Shown one piece after another: positions 23,401-34,819 of a stretch of 64,000 nucleotides of DNA. Positions within the stretch are counted from its first letter, which is position 1; every line of letters starts with the position of its first letter. Source of the DNA: Azolla caroliniana (taxonomy: Eukaryota; Plantae; Polypodiophyta); contig JBHGNT010000018.1 in NCBI GenBank assembly GCA_043228905.1, forward strand, positions 7,006,001 through 7,070,000, written 5' to 3'. The position numbers were made by a program, and so were the translations under genes. The notes below the pieces were generated by a model. The model was given only the letters and a program-made list of their open reading frames with translations. It was not told the origin of the DNA and made no database searches.

Positions 23401-24011
23401 AAAACAAATGTTGAGATAAATGTAAATACCTGAGGTACATCAAGAAGATGAATGGGATGCTCCTCGTATTGATTTCTTCCAACACGTTTCCTGCATAAAT
23501 CCTTTTTATTGGGTGAAACCCTACTCTCATTAGTCCAAAACATTGTGATTACATCCTTGATTTCAAATGTTATGGGTGTCATTGGCTTACATCTTGTAGT
23601 TAGCTTTAGTAGACTAGTTCCTTCACCCGAGGAAATTATACGGTTCATTGTATTGTACACTGTTTTTCTACTAACACCAATTACCTTAGATAGCTCACTG
23701 ATGTTTATATCGTCAACATCACTATTAAGTAACATCATTAGACTAGACCTTTTTAAGACAAGATCATCTTCTGACCTGCTCATGGATACGAAACTATTAC
23801 GAAGATTATTTACTAAAATAGATGATATGTTTGCATTAAGACCATCACAATCAACTAAGTCCTTTATCGATGGATCATTACATATTCCATAAAGTACTAC
23901 CTTCTTTTCTTCATTGCTGATGTGCTTGGTTTGAACATTGAAATAGTCTACAACCTTTCTCTCTATGATGGTAGTCGCATTACTTATATTCTCAGCTAAA
24001 CTATCCTTACC
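20382..24011 (-). CDS. Sola2-like DDD transposase, about 800 aa, intron 22224-23429; 5' end uncertain (possible further exon or frameshifted start at 24178)
   Basis: Frame open from about 24011 to donor CAG|GTATTT at 23430; acceptor TTACGCAG|GTC at 22223 gives HLLDVPQ|VDLFIRFKRMHPTIKVQLRTFESLKP in frame with ORF 20382-22196; Cys clusters; three conserved Asp motifs. Confidence 0.82.
22256..23380. repeat. 20-bp tandem array (40-bp higher order) built on palindrome TAGCTAATTAGCTA
   Basis: Alternating CTAGTAGCTAATTAGCTATC / ATGGTAGCTAATTAGCTGTC, roughly 50-55 units. Confidence 0.95.
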
Positions 24012-24514
24012 TTACTGAGTGTGGCTTTCGTATCCTTCAACAATTGACGATGTTTCCTTTTTTTTTCTGCCCAATAGTTTCGTATGGCTTGTTGTGTCCT
24101 GATAACATCATCCCTATCCTTATGATCATTGAGGGGTAATTCTAAACACCCTTCTTCCCCTTCCATTTGGCTAGACATGTTAAAACCCTAAATTTCCAGA
24201 AAAAAAAACAAGTATTAAAGATGGCTATGGGCAACAACAATACACAAAAATATTCCACACAATACACAAGATTAGACACAACAATACACAAGATAATCAA
24301 TAGACAGAAAAGTTATTGCAATCCAAGACCGAACAGTAGAGGATTTCACTCTGTTGGATCCAACAGTTGAGGAGGCGATCCAAGACCGACCAATGGCAAC
24401 AACTGAGTGTAGAATGTTGCCGTTGGATGAGTGAACTCCGTCAAATCGAAATGTGGAAGCAATCCGGGACTGGACAATAGTGGCAACTGAGTATAGAATG
24501 ATGGCAATGGAGGA

Positions 24515-25247
24515 GAGAACCCCGTCAGATTGAACAGTTACCGATGATGCTTGAAACGCACATAGAAGGCACTTGAGAATAGAGTGGCATAGAGAAGAGA
24601 ACCCCGTCAGATTGAACAGTTACCAATGATGCTTGAAACGCACAGTAGCGGCCCCTGAGTGAGAGTGGAAAAGAGAAGAGAACCCCGTCAGATTGAACAG
24701 TTACCAATGATGCTTGAAACGCACAGTAGCGGCCCCTGAGTGAGAGTGGAAAAGAGAAGAGAACCCCGTTAGATTGAATAGCTCTTTGATTATGCTTGGA
24801 ACGCACAGTAGCAACCCCTGAGTGTAGAGTGGGAAAGAGAAGAGAACCCCGTCAGATTGAACAACTCTTTGATGATGCTTGGAACGCACAGCAGCGGCCC
24901 CTGAGTGTAGAGTGGCACAGAGAAGAGAACCCCCTCAGATTGAACAGCTCTTTGATGATGCTTGGAACGCACAGTAATGGCCCCTGAGTGTAGAGTGGCA
25001 CAGAGAAGAGAACCCCCTCAGATTGAACAGCTCTTTGATGATGCTTGGAACGCACAGTAATGGCCCCTAAGTGTAGAGTGGCACAGAGAAGAGAACCCCG
25101 TCAGATTGAACAGCTCTTTGATGATGCTTGGAATGCACAGTAGTGGCCCCTGAGTGTAGAGTGTCACAGAGAAGAGAACCCCGTCAGATTGAGCAGCTCT
25201 TTGATGATGCTTGGAACGCACAGTAGCGGCCCCTCAGTGTAGAGTGG
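24515..25247. repeat. 81-83-bp tandem repeat, 9 copies, upstream of the transposase
   Basis: GAGAACCCC unit starts at 24515, 24597, 24678, 24759, 24842, 24925, 25008, 25091 and 25174. Confidence 0.95.
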
Positions 25248-25576
25248 CGGCAGGTGGACTCGATAGGGTTTAGCAACAGTGGTAGCAACTAACCCACAGT
25301 ACTCAACTAGAGATGGCCTACGTAATGTGGCAAAGGATCATGCATAATGGACCTAGGAATTCGATATATAATTTATGGTACACATTTATGGTGCACACAT
25401 CAATTTATGTTGCACATTTATGGCACTCATTTACATATGTAATTAAAACACTCTAGTATTTTCAATGGTAGTTTTTTGCATACTTAATTTATTAATGATG
25501 GCTTTTTATTAAAATGACTATTTATCAATGGTAGCTTTTTGCATAGCTAATTAGCTATGTCAAGGACATAGCTAAT

Positions 25577-25601
25577 TGTTTCCACTCGCATGCTTTCACC
25601 C
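25577..25601 (-). repeat. Right TIR of the Sola-like element
   Basis: TGTTTCCACTCGCATGCTTTCACCC followed by TSD TTCA. Confidence 0.95.
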
Positions 25602-25721
25602 TTCACACCTCGCTCGCGCTCCTCGACCTGTTCGACTCCGCGCGCTTCGACCCTTCCGGTCGGCTTGTCTGCTCATGCGGCCCTTATCAGCTCTTCTGTT
25701 GTTGCGGTGTTTACGCTTCTC

Positions 25722-28700
25722 CTACTGCCTTTTCTTCCGCTTGGGCCTTGGTTGATTTAGCGTGTCTGAATCAAACATCCGAACCGACTCGGCTACCTCC
25801 GATCGGTTTTCGCTCTCGTTCGAGTTGGCTGTCTCCAACTCGTCTTCGGTCTTCTCGCCCTCGGTGGCGTCATCTTCCCCATGCGTGGTTGGCTTCGGCT
25901 CTGTCCTTCGGTTGCTCCCCTTTTGTCCTCGTCCGAACTTTTCCGCGGGTCCGCCCTCGGCTTCTTCAGCCGATCCGAAGTCGAACTTGACAACCGAGTC
26001 AACCGACTCGGTGGTGTCGCGGTCTCTGCTCCTTTCCTGCTGCCTTGCTTGGTCGTTCGGGACTATTCTCCCCCTCAAGTTTGGCATGTCGAAGTGACGC
26101 AATCCGAGCGCACCTGAGAATTGCCGCAACTTGTCCAGACCAAGAGGCTTGGTGAAGATGTCGGCAGTCTGCCGATCCGTCAGAACGTACTGAAGTTCGA
26201 CTTCACCGGAACGGACACGCTCACGGACGAAATGGTAGTGCACCTCAATGTGCTTGGTTCGTGCGTGGAAAACGGGGTTTTTCGCGAGCTAGATGCTGCT
26301 AAGGTTGTCGCAGTAGATCGTCGTCAGATCTGACACCTCCTCTTGCAGGTCCTTAAGTAGCCGCTTCAACCATATGGCTTCGCATGTCGCGACAGCCGCT
26401 CCTCGGTACTCAGCTTCGGTGCTCGACAGTGCAACTGTCGACTGCTTCTTACTGCTCCACGCGATCACGGCACTCCCGAGGGAGAACGCGTATCCGGACG
26501 TGGATCGGCGATCGGCGGCGTTGCCTGCCCAATCAGCATCGGTGTAGCCGACTAACTGCACGGCTGCACCGGTCCGATATAGCAATCCCCGGTCCTTAGA
26601 GCCGTTGACATACCGAAGTATGCGTTGCGCACACTGAAGGTGCTCCTCGGTAGGTCGCGCCATGAACTGACTGATCACTCCGACCGGATAACTGAGGTCG
26701 GGTCGGGTGATGGTCAAGTATATGAGGCTTCTGACAATTTGTCGGAACCTCGTCGGGTCACATACCTTTCCCGTATCGGGACGAAGCTTGACGGTTCTGT
26801 CCAGAGGAGTCGAGACGGACTTACAGTCGGCCATCCCAAATTTGAAGAGCATACTCAGAACGTAATGACGTTGGTTGATCAATATGCCTTCGGGGGTACG
26901 GATCACTTCGATCCCGAGGAAGTAATGAAGGTCCCCCAGATCCTTCATCTCGAACGATGCCGCAAGCTGGAGCTTCACGCGGTCGATTTCACCGAGGTCG
27001 GCGCCGGTGATGACCAAGTCATCAACATATAGTAAAATACTAACCGATCCGAGTCAACCTTTCCGGATGAACAGGGAAGAGTCCGATTTTGATGTGACGA
27101 AGCCCATCCGACGCAGTTGTTGCGTGATCTTCGCGTTCCAAGCACGCGGGGCTTGCTTCAGTTCGTAAAGGGACTTCTTCAGTTGGCATACTGCCGAGGA
27201 GTTCGTTCCAGAGTGAAATCCGGGAGGCTGTACCATGTACACCTGTTCCTCAAGGTCACCTTGTAGGAACGCATTCTTTACATCCATCTGATGTAGGTGC
27301 CACCCCTTGGCCGCGGCTACTACGAGCGAAACACGGGCGATCGTCATTTTCGCGACCGGCGCAAACGTTTCATCGTAGTCGATGCCGTGTTTCTGCGCAT
27401 AGCCCTTTGCCACTAGCCGAGCCTTGTACCGGTTGACCGAGCCATCGGTGTTGTACTTGACCTTGTACACCCACCTACACCCGATCGGTTTTACCCCTGT
27501 TGGTGCGCCAACCAGGTCCCAGGTCTCATTCTCTGCCAATGCGTGCATCTCTTCCTCCATCGCGGCACGCCAATTCGCATCTTTAGCCGCTTCTGCGTAG
27601 CTCTCCGGCTCACGCACTTCCGCTACACGGGTCATGTACGCATAATGATGCACCATGTACTCATTGTATCCGAACCACAAAACAGGATTCTTCTGGCGGG
27701 TAGACCAGCGTAATCTCACATTAGCCGATGTCGAGGCCTTCTCGGTCGACGCGGTTTTCACCTTTAAAGACTCGTCACCGGTTCCCTCGGAGTCGGACTC
27801 GCGTTGGTCTGACTCGTTCCTATTCGTGCCGGAATCCGACACCTTCTTCTTCCCTTTCTCTTTGCGGGTATGCCGTCTCCTCGGCTTCCTGCGCGGGGAA
27901 TGCACGGCCGAGTCTCCACTGCTCGCCGGCTCTTCATCGGACTGGTCGTACCGACTCAGTCGTCCACTCGGTCCACTTAAACGGAGTTAAATCGGACTCT
28001 CTTCGTGGGTCTCGATTTCGGGCTCATCCGAAGGCATCTCGGCCTCGCTGACCTCATCGTCAGAGCTCGGATTGGAGTCGGGGTTCGGAGTCGGGGGCTG
28101 GTACCAAGTCGCGGACTCGTCAAACACAACGTCGCGGCTAACACGCGCTTGTTTGGTGCGAGGGTTATAGCACTTATAACCCTTTTGCTCGTCCGAGTAA
28201 TCGACCAAGATGCATTTCTCGGCCTTTGCGTCCAACTTCCTCCTTTTCTCCTTCGGTACATGCACATACGCAATGCTATCGAACACCCTCAAGTGTCGCA
28301 AGTTCGGCTTTGTTCCGAAATACAGCTCGTGCGCCGACACTTTGTCTCCGATCCGGTTCTGGATGTACACCGCGGTCCTTACCGCCTCGGCCCAGTAAAA
28401 CTTGGGCAAGCTCTTCTCCTCCAGCATTGCCCGATTCTTCCTCTCGGCCACGCCGTTCTGCTCCGGCGTGTTTCTACATCTGAATTCGCGCCGAATTCCC
28501 ATTTGTTGTAGATAACCGTTGAATTGACCGGAAAAGTACTCTTTTCCGCCATCCGTCCGCAGACACTTGATCTTTCGTCCCGTTTCTGTTTCTACAAACC
28601 CTTTGAGGTCACAGAAACAGTCGAAGACTTCGCTCTTCCTCTCAATGAGGTAGATCCACGTGTGCCGCGTGTGGTCGTCGATGAAGGAGACGAAATATCG

Positions 28701-30346
28701 GCTCCCGCCAAGACTAACGTTTTGTGCAGGCCCCCACACATCGGAGTGTATAAGGTCGAGCTTGTTCCGGCTCCGGTTTCGCTCGTTGGGGAAAGGAAGT
28801 CGGTGTTGATTCCTGAGCTGGCAGGCTTCACAAATTTGTGCCTTTCGGCCACTAAATTTGGGCAATCCGAACACTACCTGTTTCGATTGCAGATCTTGAA
28901 GCCGATGGTAGTTGACGTGGCCTATCCGCTTGTGCCACAAGTCGATGTCCGACTTGGTTTTTCTTCCCTTCACGAACATTGCGGTGCCGCCGTCAGTGGA
29001 GTCGAGGATGAACATCCTCCCGTCTCTGCGCCCTTGCGCAATCACACGGCCTTCTTCCTCAAGGAATCACCCGAGGTGTGTAAACCGAACCTCCATCCCT
29101 TGGTCGACGATCTGTCCGACCGAGACCAAGTTCTTCGTGATTGTCGGGACGTGCAACACGTTCATGAGTTTTCCTTTCTGCTCGACATGGCTAAGGGGAA
29201 CTTCTCCGACATTCGCGATCGGATGCGGAGTGTCGTCTCCAGTTGCGACTACTCCAGGTTGTATGGGTTTTTCAAGGTACGAGAACCACTCCTTATCGCT
29301 CGTCATGTGGTTTGACGCGCCGGAGTTTACATACCACACCTCGTCCGATCTCGGGGTGGTCTGCTTCATTGAGTTTACCTCATGTCTCGTCACAAAGGCA
29401 GACCCTTCTCCGGCTCTCCCGGAGTCTTCGGCGTAGTCGATCGCTGCCGATTTCCCTTGTCGGTATGTCCTGAGCCTTTTCCGGAACCAGTTCTCTCCGA
29501 ATCAGCGCGCTTCTTCCAGCACTCACTTTCCCTGTGGCCTTTCTTGCCACAGTACCAACACTCTGCGATGGCCTTCCCTTGCCGGTTCTCATCGCTTCGA
29601 CTCCCCCTGTTTCCGGAGGATTCGGAGTTGCTGTCGGCATCACTTCGGTGCCTTCTTCCTTGATCTCGTCGGCCGCTTCCATTGCGTACCGACTCGCCTC
29701 GTCCGCCACGACCACAGGGCCTTTCTCCCTCCGTGTACAACATCTTGCTATCGGTGTGCGTGCTCGTCGACGCACCCGCGTTGTTCTCCTCTACCAGGAG
29801 CATCGACTGTAAGTCGAAAAAGGACGGCGTATTCTCCCGGGTACACACAACCGTTCGGAACGCTCCGAACTTCGACGCCAAACCTCCGAGACAGATCTGG
29901 ACCATCTCGCTCTCCTCTATGTTCACCTCTATGGAGGCGAGGGAGTCGCAGATATCCTTGATCTTCGAGGTATAGTCCGCCATCGACAAGTCGCGTTGTC
30001 GTAGGTTGCTCAACTCCTGTCGGAGCTGGAGCTTCCTGGCTGTGGTGCTCTTGGCGAAAATCTTCTTCAGATTTTCCCACACACCCTTCGGCATCTTTGC
30101 ATCCCGGACATAGCTCAATAGCTGTTCGCCCACACACGACGCGAAGCAGTATAATACCCTGCTCGCCGATTGCTCCCACGACGGGAAGTCTCTGTGTGTC
30201 GATTCGGGTGCCGCGTCATTAGCTCCTTCGACATAACTCCAGTAGCCGTGCTCGAGCAGGTACTGGTGCATCTTGTAGGACCAAGACGCGTAGTTCGTTC
30301 TGTCGAGCTTCTCTGTTGGAAGCGAGCTTGCCATGCCTCTATCCAT
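25722..30346 (-). pseudogene. Copia G gag-pol polyprotein with stops and frameshifts
   Basis: Gag (EKLDRTNYASW, CWYCGKKGHRESEC), PR (WYVNSGASNHM), IN (WHKRIGH, HSDVWGP, RTDGGKEY, QNGVAER), RT and RNase H in Copia order. Confidence 0.92.
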
Positions 30347-30416
30347 CGTTCTTCTTGTTCTTCTTCGTCACTCTGTCGGCTGCAGAGAGGTTCTCAACCC
30401 TCGCGCTCTGATACCA

Positions 30417-30809
30417 TGTAGAAAGTAGCGCGCGGAAGCAAGTATGAAGACCGAATAGAAGATAGAAAACTCAGGTTTAATGGAAAGCTTGAGCTTATGC
30501 AATATACTCGGGAGAGACAGAGAGAGAAAGAAGAACTATATTCAACAACAAAAGATCTCGATTCACTACTCTATACATATGTGTGTTCCATGAACACTTT
30601 TGTACAAGTCCTCGAAGGACTGACCGAAGTACTGACCGTACTTCAATGCTCTTTAAGAGCTCCTACACTAATTCCCAAATATATTCCTCACGGAATATCT
30701 TTCATAATGGCCTCCCGGTTTACGCACTCGGCCTAACCGATCGATCTCAACCGATCCGGTCCTCGGCTTCTTCAGCCGATCCGGCCGATGTTGAGCTTGT
30801 CTCTCAACA
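30417..30809 (-). repeat. 5' LTR of Copia G
   Basis: TG..CA ends, adjacent Met PBS. Confidence 0.95.
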
Positions 30810-33800
30810 GTATCTAACACCGCGTCCCGGTGAGGCAGCTTTCGATAACCAAAAGCAAGTAATCTTGGGACCGGCACGACTGCAAGCAACACAGGTTTTT
30901 GGCATGCCCATGTATTCCCATGTTATCAATATCATACGTGCGGACCTGAAGAGAGATGCTTTCGCCCAAGCTATACTAGCACAGATTGATCCCTCTCGAG
31001 CGTCGTGTTCATAGTCACAACCACCAGGTACGGACTATCGGCAATTCAAATACCATGATGGATTACTCTTCTTTAAAGAACTTTTGTATGTTCCTAATGG
31101 TTCTTGCCGCCTTCGAGTAGTACAAAACTGTCATGACACATAACAGCCGGGCATTTTGGTAGTACTGAAACATTAGATTTAGTACAACGATCATTCTGGT
31201 GGCCCCGTATGCAACAATTTGTCGAAGATTTTGTTCGGACTTGTGATACATGCGGCAGAGCGAAAATGCCGAGGCATCATCCCTATGGTTTATTAGAACC
31301 ATTACCAATTCCAAGCAAGCCATGGCAATCCATTGCTCTTGACTTCATCACAGATCTTCCAGTCTCTAAGGGGTTGAATGCGATTCTAACAGTGGTAGAT
31401 TGATATACGAAGATGGCTCATTTCTTTCCATGTACTAAGGAAATCTCCAGTGAAGACACCGCCGAAATTGTCATGCGTGAAGTATGTCGGCATCATGGAC
31501 TCCCCGATAGTATCGTCAGCGATCGTGGACCCCAGTTCGTGTCAAAAATCTGGAAGCACCTTTTTAAAATGCTCAAGGTCACTTGTAACCTCTCGTCCGA
31601 CTACCACCCACAAACCGACAGCCAAGCCGAACGAACAAATCAAACGCTGGAGTAGTATTTGCGGTGCTTTCTCAGCTATCATCAGGATAATTGAGTAGAT
31701 ATTCTCCACTTCGCCGAATTTGCCTAAAATAACTCTATCCACGCATCGACTAAAGTTTCGCCATTTTATGCTTATACGGGATGTCACCCGCGGTGGAGTG
31801 TACTTGAAACCCCAGAGGTGTCCATAAATCCTTGCGCGGAGGATCGTTTGGAGCAGTTACGCAAGATACAAGCAGATTTATGTACTCATCTCCAGCAAGC
31901 TCAACAAACACACAAGGTCTACGCGGATCGTCATCGACTTCCATCTAGTTTTAACATTGGAGATCGGGTGTGGCTGCTACAACGACACATCAAGACTACT
32001 CGCCCATGTGAGAAGTTAGATTATCGGCGATTAGGTCCTTTTCGTATTATCGGGAAGATTAATGATGTCGCTTTTCGTCTTGATCTACCTCCTCAACTTC
32101 GGATACATTCGGTGTTTCATAGTTCTCTCCTTGAACCCTATCACGAGAGCACCATCCCAGGACGTATTATACAATCTCCACCCCCGATCGAGCTTGAAGA
32201 TGGACCGGAGTACGAGGTTGCCGCCATCCTTGATTCCAAGATTGTTCGCAACAAGCTCTACTATCTGGTCGATTGGCTAGGCTATAGTCCCAGCGAACGT
32301 ACTTGGGAACCGATCGAGAATGTGACCAATGCTCGTGCACTTCTTGAAGACTTCCATCGGCAATACCCACACAAACTGGGTCCTCCATCCAAAATGACAA
32401 AGGAGTCGAAAGATGAGGGGATCGGAGCTAGCAGAGGCAATGGCGGTTGCCGTCCACGGGCTGGTGAGCGCTCGTGAGGGAACGGGTACCCTCGACAGAG
32501 CCATTGAATCGATTGTCGGCTCTATAGGCCGTTTCGGAGGGAAAGACCCCACAAGTTATTTGGAGGCTTACAGGGCCGAAATGATCATGAGGGATATCCC
32601 GGTGGACAGGCGTCTATCCGGACTCCCTCGGGTGGTGACGCCAGGCATCTATGCGGAGGTGCTCGAGGTGCTGGCCGGATGCCAGACTTGGGAGGAGTTC
32701 GAGCTGCAGCTCCTCGAGAAGTATGGGTTTGACGACTTGCTTCGGCTGTCGAGGCAGGACTTCCTAGCGTGGGTGGAAAGCCCCGGAAAAGGGAGGAACA
32801 CATCGAGCTCCTCCAGGAGTTTGAAAAACGGTTCGCGCGGCTGTCGACGCTGGACCGGAGGTGCTCAAAACAAGTCGAGTACTGTTGTTTGTCAAGTTGG
32901 TGGATGCGCTCGACAGGGAAAAGGTGGGTCCCCTATTGGAAATGGACGAAGGGCTCACGACGGACTGGGCCGTGGTAAAATGGGTCTGTAGCTGTTTCGA
33001 CAAACGACGCGATTGGAGCGACGGAAGCACGTCGGGGACGGTCCCGGGGAGGAGGCTCGAGGAGCCGGTTTCAGTGCCGGCTAGGAGGAAGGAAGAGACC
33101 CGAATTTGGCCGCAGTCGGGGTCGGCATCGAGCGACGTGGTCAGAGGCTCATCTGGAGGAGCGGCTCTGGAGGAGCTAACACAGATGGTGCGCGACCTAT
33201 AGATCGCATAGGCCCAAAGAGACAACGGTGAACAACCTCGCGACCGGAGGCCGCCGGCTGGGCAGCGGTGCATGTGGTGTGACGCGATCGGTCACATTCA
33301 GAAGGATTGTGCGGATTTCGCTGACCCGCTCAGGACCAATGTGGTGTACCTCTGGAACGGGCGGGTGCACGCGAGCGAGACTCGGAGAGCCCTGGAACTG
33401 AATACGGGGCGCGGCGGAATGAAGAGGTTGATGGAAGAGGCCGCGGCACGGCACGTCGAAGCCGTTAACTACTCGGTGTCGGTGGGAATTCGGGTCGGGG
33501 GTGATGAGACCCTGAAGGCGAAGGACTCCGGATTCTGGCCGCTAGTGCTAGAAGCCCTCTCCGGAGTTCGGCTGAGGAAGGAAGAGGCGGACCACGCAGA
33601 ACAACGGGTCCAGGAGGTCACCGGTTGGGACGATCCGGTCGAAGAGAAAACAGGCTTCGTAGAAGCCGCTTGCCAGAACTACGAGGTTCTGGTGGAGGAC
33701 AAACGGGCAGGAAAGGCCGGAGGGGTTGGCCCCCCGAGGTATGAGACCCGGTTCAGACCGAAACCGACTGGTACTGGCAACCCAGGCGTGCCGGATTGGA

Positions 33801-34344
33801 AGAAGCAGGCGGGGTTTCGGTTGAGCACCGAAATCAAGAGAGCAACGGACCTACGGAAGGTCCTTGAAGAGCGAATCCTCGACAGTAAAGTGGAGTTGTC
33901 GTTGTGGGAGGTGCTGGGAATCGCCAAGAGGGAGTTCCACGACTCTATCGTAGACTTGGTGAAGCAGAAGAGGCTCTCGACGGAGCCGGAACCGGAGAAG
34001 CCGGTAGAGGTGCGGACCACGCACCTAGAAGACGAAGCCTTGGAAGACGAGCTGGCGGGAAGCCACTACACGAAGCCACATTGGGCCAGGGCGACTACGG
34101 AAACCCCTGTACGGATCGACAACGTTCTGGAACCGGTGGTGGCGTTGGTAGACCATGGATCCGAAATCAACCTAATGTCCATGGATTTCTACAAGAAGGG
34201 TAAATGGCCGATCAACACCAAGCATGGCTAGAAGATACGGGCAGTGATGCGCGCCACGGAAGAACTACATGGGGCCTGTCCGAACGTACGGGTGAAAATC
34301 GGCGATGTCGAGATACCAACACTTCTTCGTGCAGGAGACGTCCT

Positions 34345-34626
34345 TGTTGAAAGCAATGTCGTCTGTGCGGAAGATCTTGAAGCACTCGATTCCTGTTTAT
34401 TCCCTGTGTATGACAGAATGTAGGTCGTTGCACAGAGAGAGAGAGAGAGAGACACACAAAAGAATTTCTTATTTCATAAAGCAACAATACAACAACCAAC
34501 CTCACAAAGAGGTTACAAGGTCACTATATATAGTGACCGACTTAGGGCAACTACCCTTTATGCTAATTACATAAATGGCCAAAACGGGATGGTGTGAATA
34601 CGTCCATTATACACATGTATTCGACA
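34345..34626 (-). repeat. 3' LTR of Copia H
   Basis: Direct repeat of 39507-39788. Confidence 0.96.
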
Positions 34627-34819
34627 CTCCCCCGTAATGGGCGTATACATGGGTTATCTAAGATTACAGGTATAGACTTAGGTTCTCGGACATATCAGCT
34701 TTGTTCGAGTCGGCAGGATTCGAAGACAGAAGACCGAACTGGTCGGGTCGGAACAGTTGAAGCCGATCATTAAGGAGCTGATGTCGGTTGTCGGGAACCA
34801 TCCTGCTCTGTGTCCGGCT

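Larger units (their letters stand above)
15850..25601 (-). mobile_element. 9,752-bp TIR DNA transposon, Sola2-like, with cargo genes
   Basis: 25-bp TIRs GGGTAAAAGCATGCGAGTGGAAACA (15850-15874) and 25577-25601 with one mismatch; 4-bp TSD TTCA (15846-15849, 25602-25605); transposase motifs VVDFAENY, WSDGAASQFK, FFGSGHGKGEHDGAG. Confidence 0.88.
15387..30809 (-). mobile_element. Copia G; hosts the Sola-like DNA transposon
   Basis: 393-bp LTRs 15387-15779 and 30417-30809; 5-bp TSD GTATC (15382-15386, 30810-30814); tRNA-iMet PBS TGGTATCAGAGC at 30405-30416; PPT at 15780-15790. Confidence 0.93.
11743..32390 (+). mobile_element. Chromodomain Gypsy F (Tcn1-like), 3' LTR deleted; hosts Copia G
   Basis: 5' LTR 11743-12204 related to the J LTRs; gag, PR (ALLDSGA), RT (YLDD), RH, IN and chromodomain (EYEVAAILDSK...YLVDWLGY...TWEP); joins D leader DNA at about 32391. 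Confidence 0.88.
13428..32390 (+). pseudogene. Chromovirus F pol (PR-RT-RH 13428-15386; IN-chromodomain 30810-32390), split by Copia G
   Basis: ORFs 13517, 13922, 14939, 31209, 31413 and 31818; ALSRRSY continues as LTPRPGEAAF once G is removed. Confidence 0.88.

Noticed and set aside
24515-25247. CRISPR-like appearance of regularly spaced repeats
   Set aside because: The whole 81-83-bp unit is repeated, with no unique spacers and no cas genes; the context is eukaryotic.
15850-25601. CACTA, hAT, MULE, Harbinger or Helitron classification
   Set aside because: The 4-bp TSD, GGG..CCC termini and transposase motifs fit none of these, and no Rep/helicase domain is present.
25722-26243. env-like gene in Copia G
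   Set aside because: The tail is hydrophilic with no signal peptide or transmembrane segment and is continuous with RNase H.
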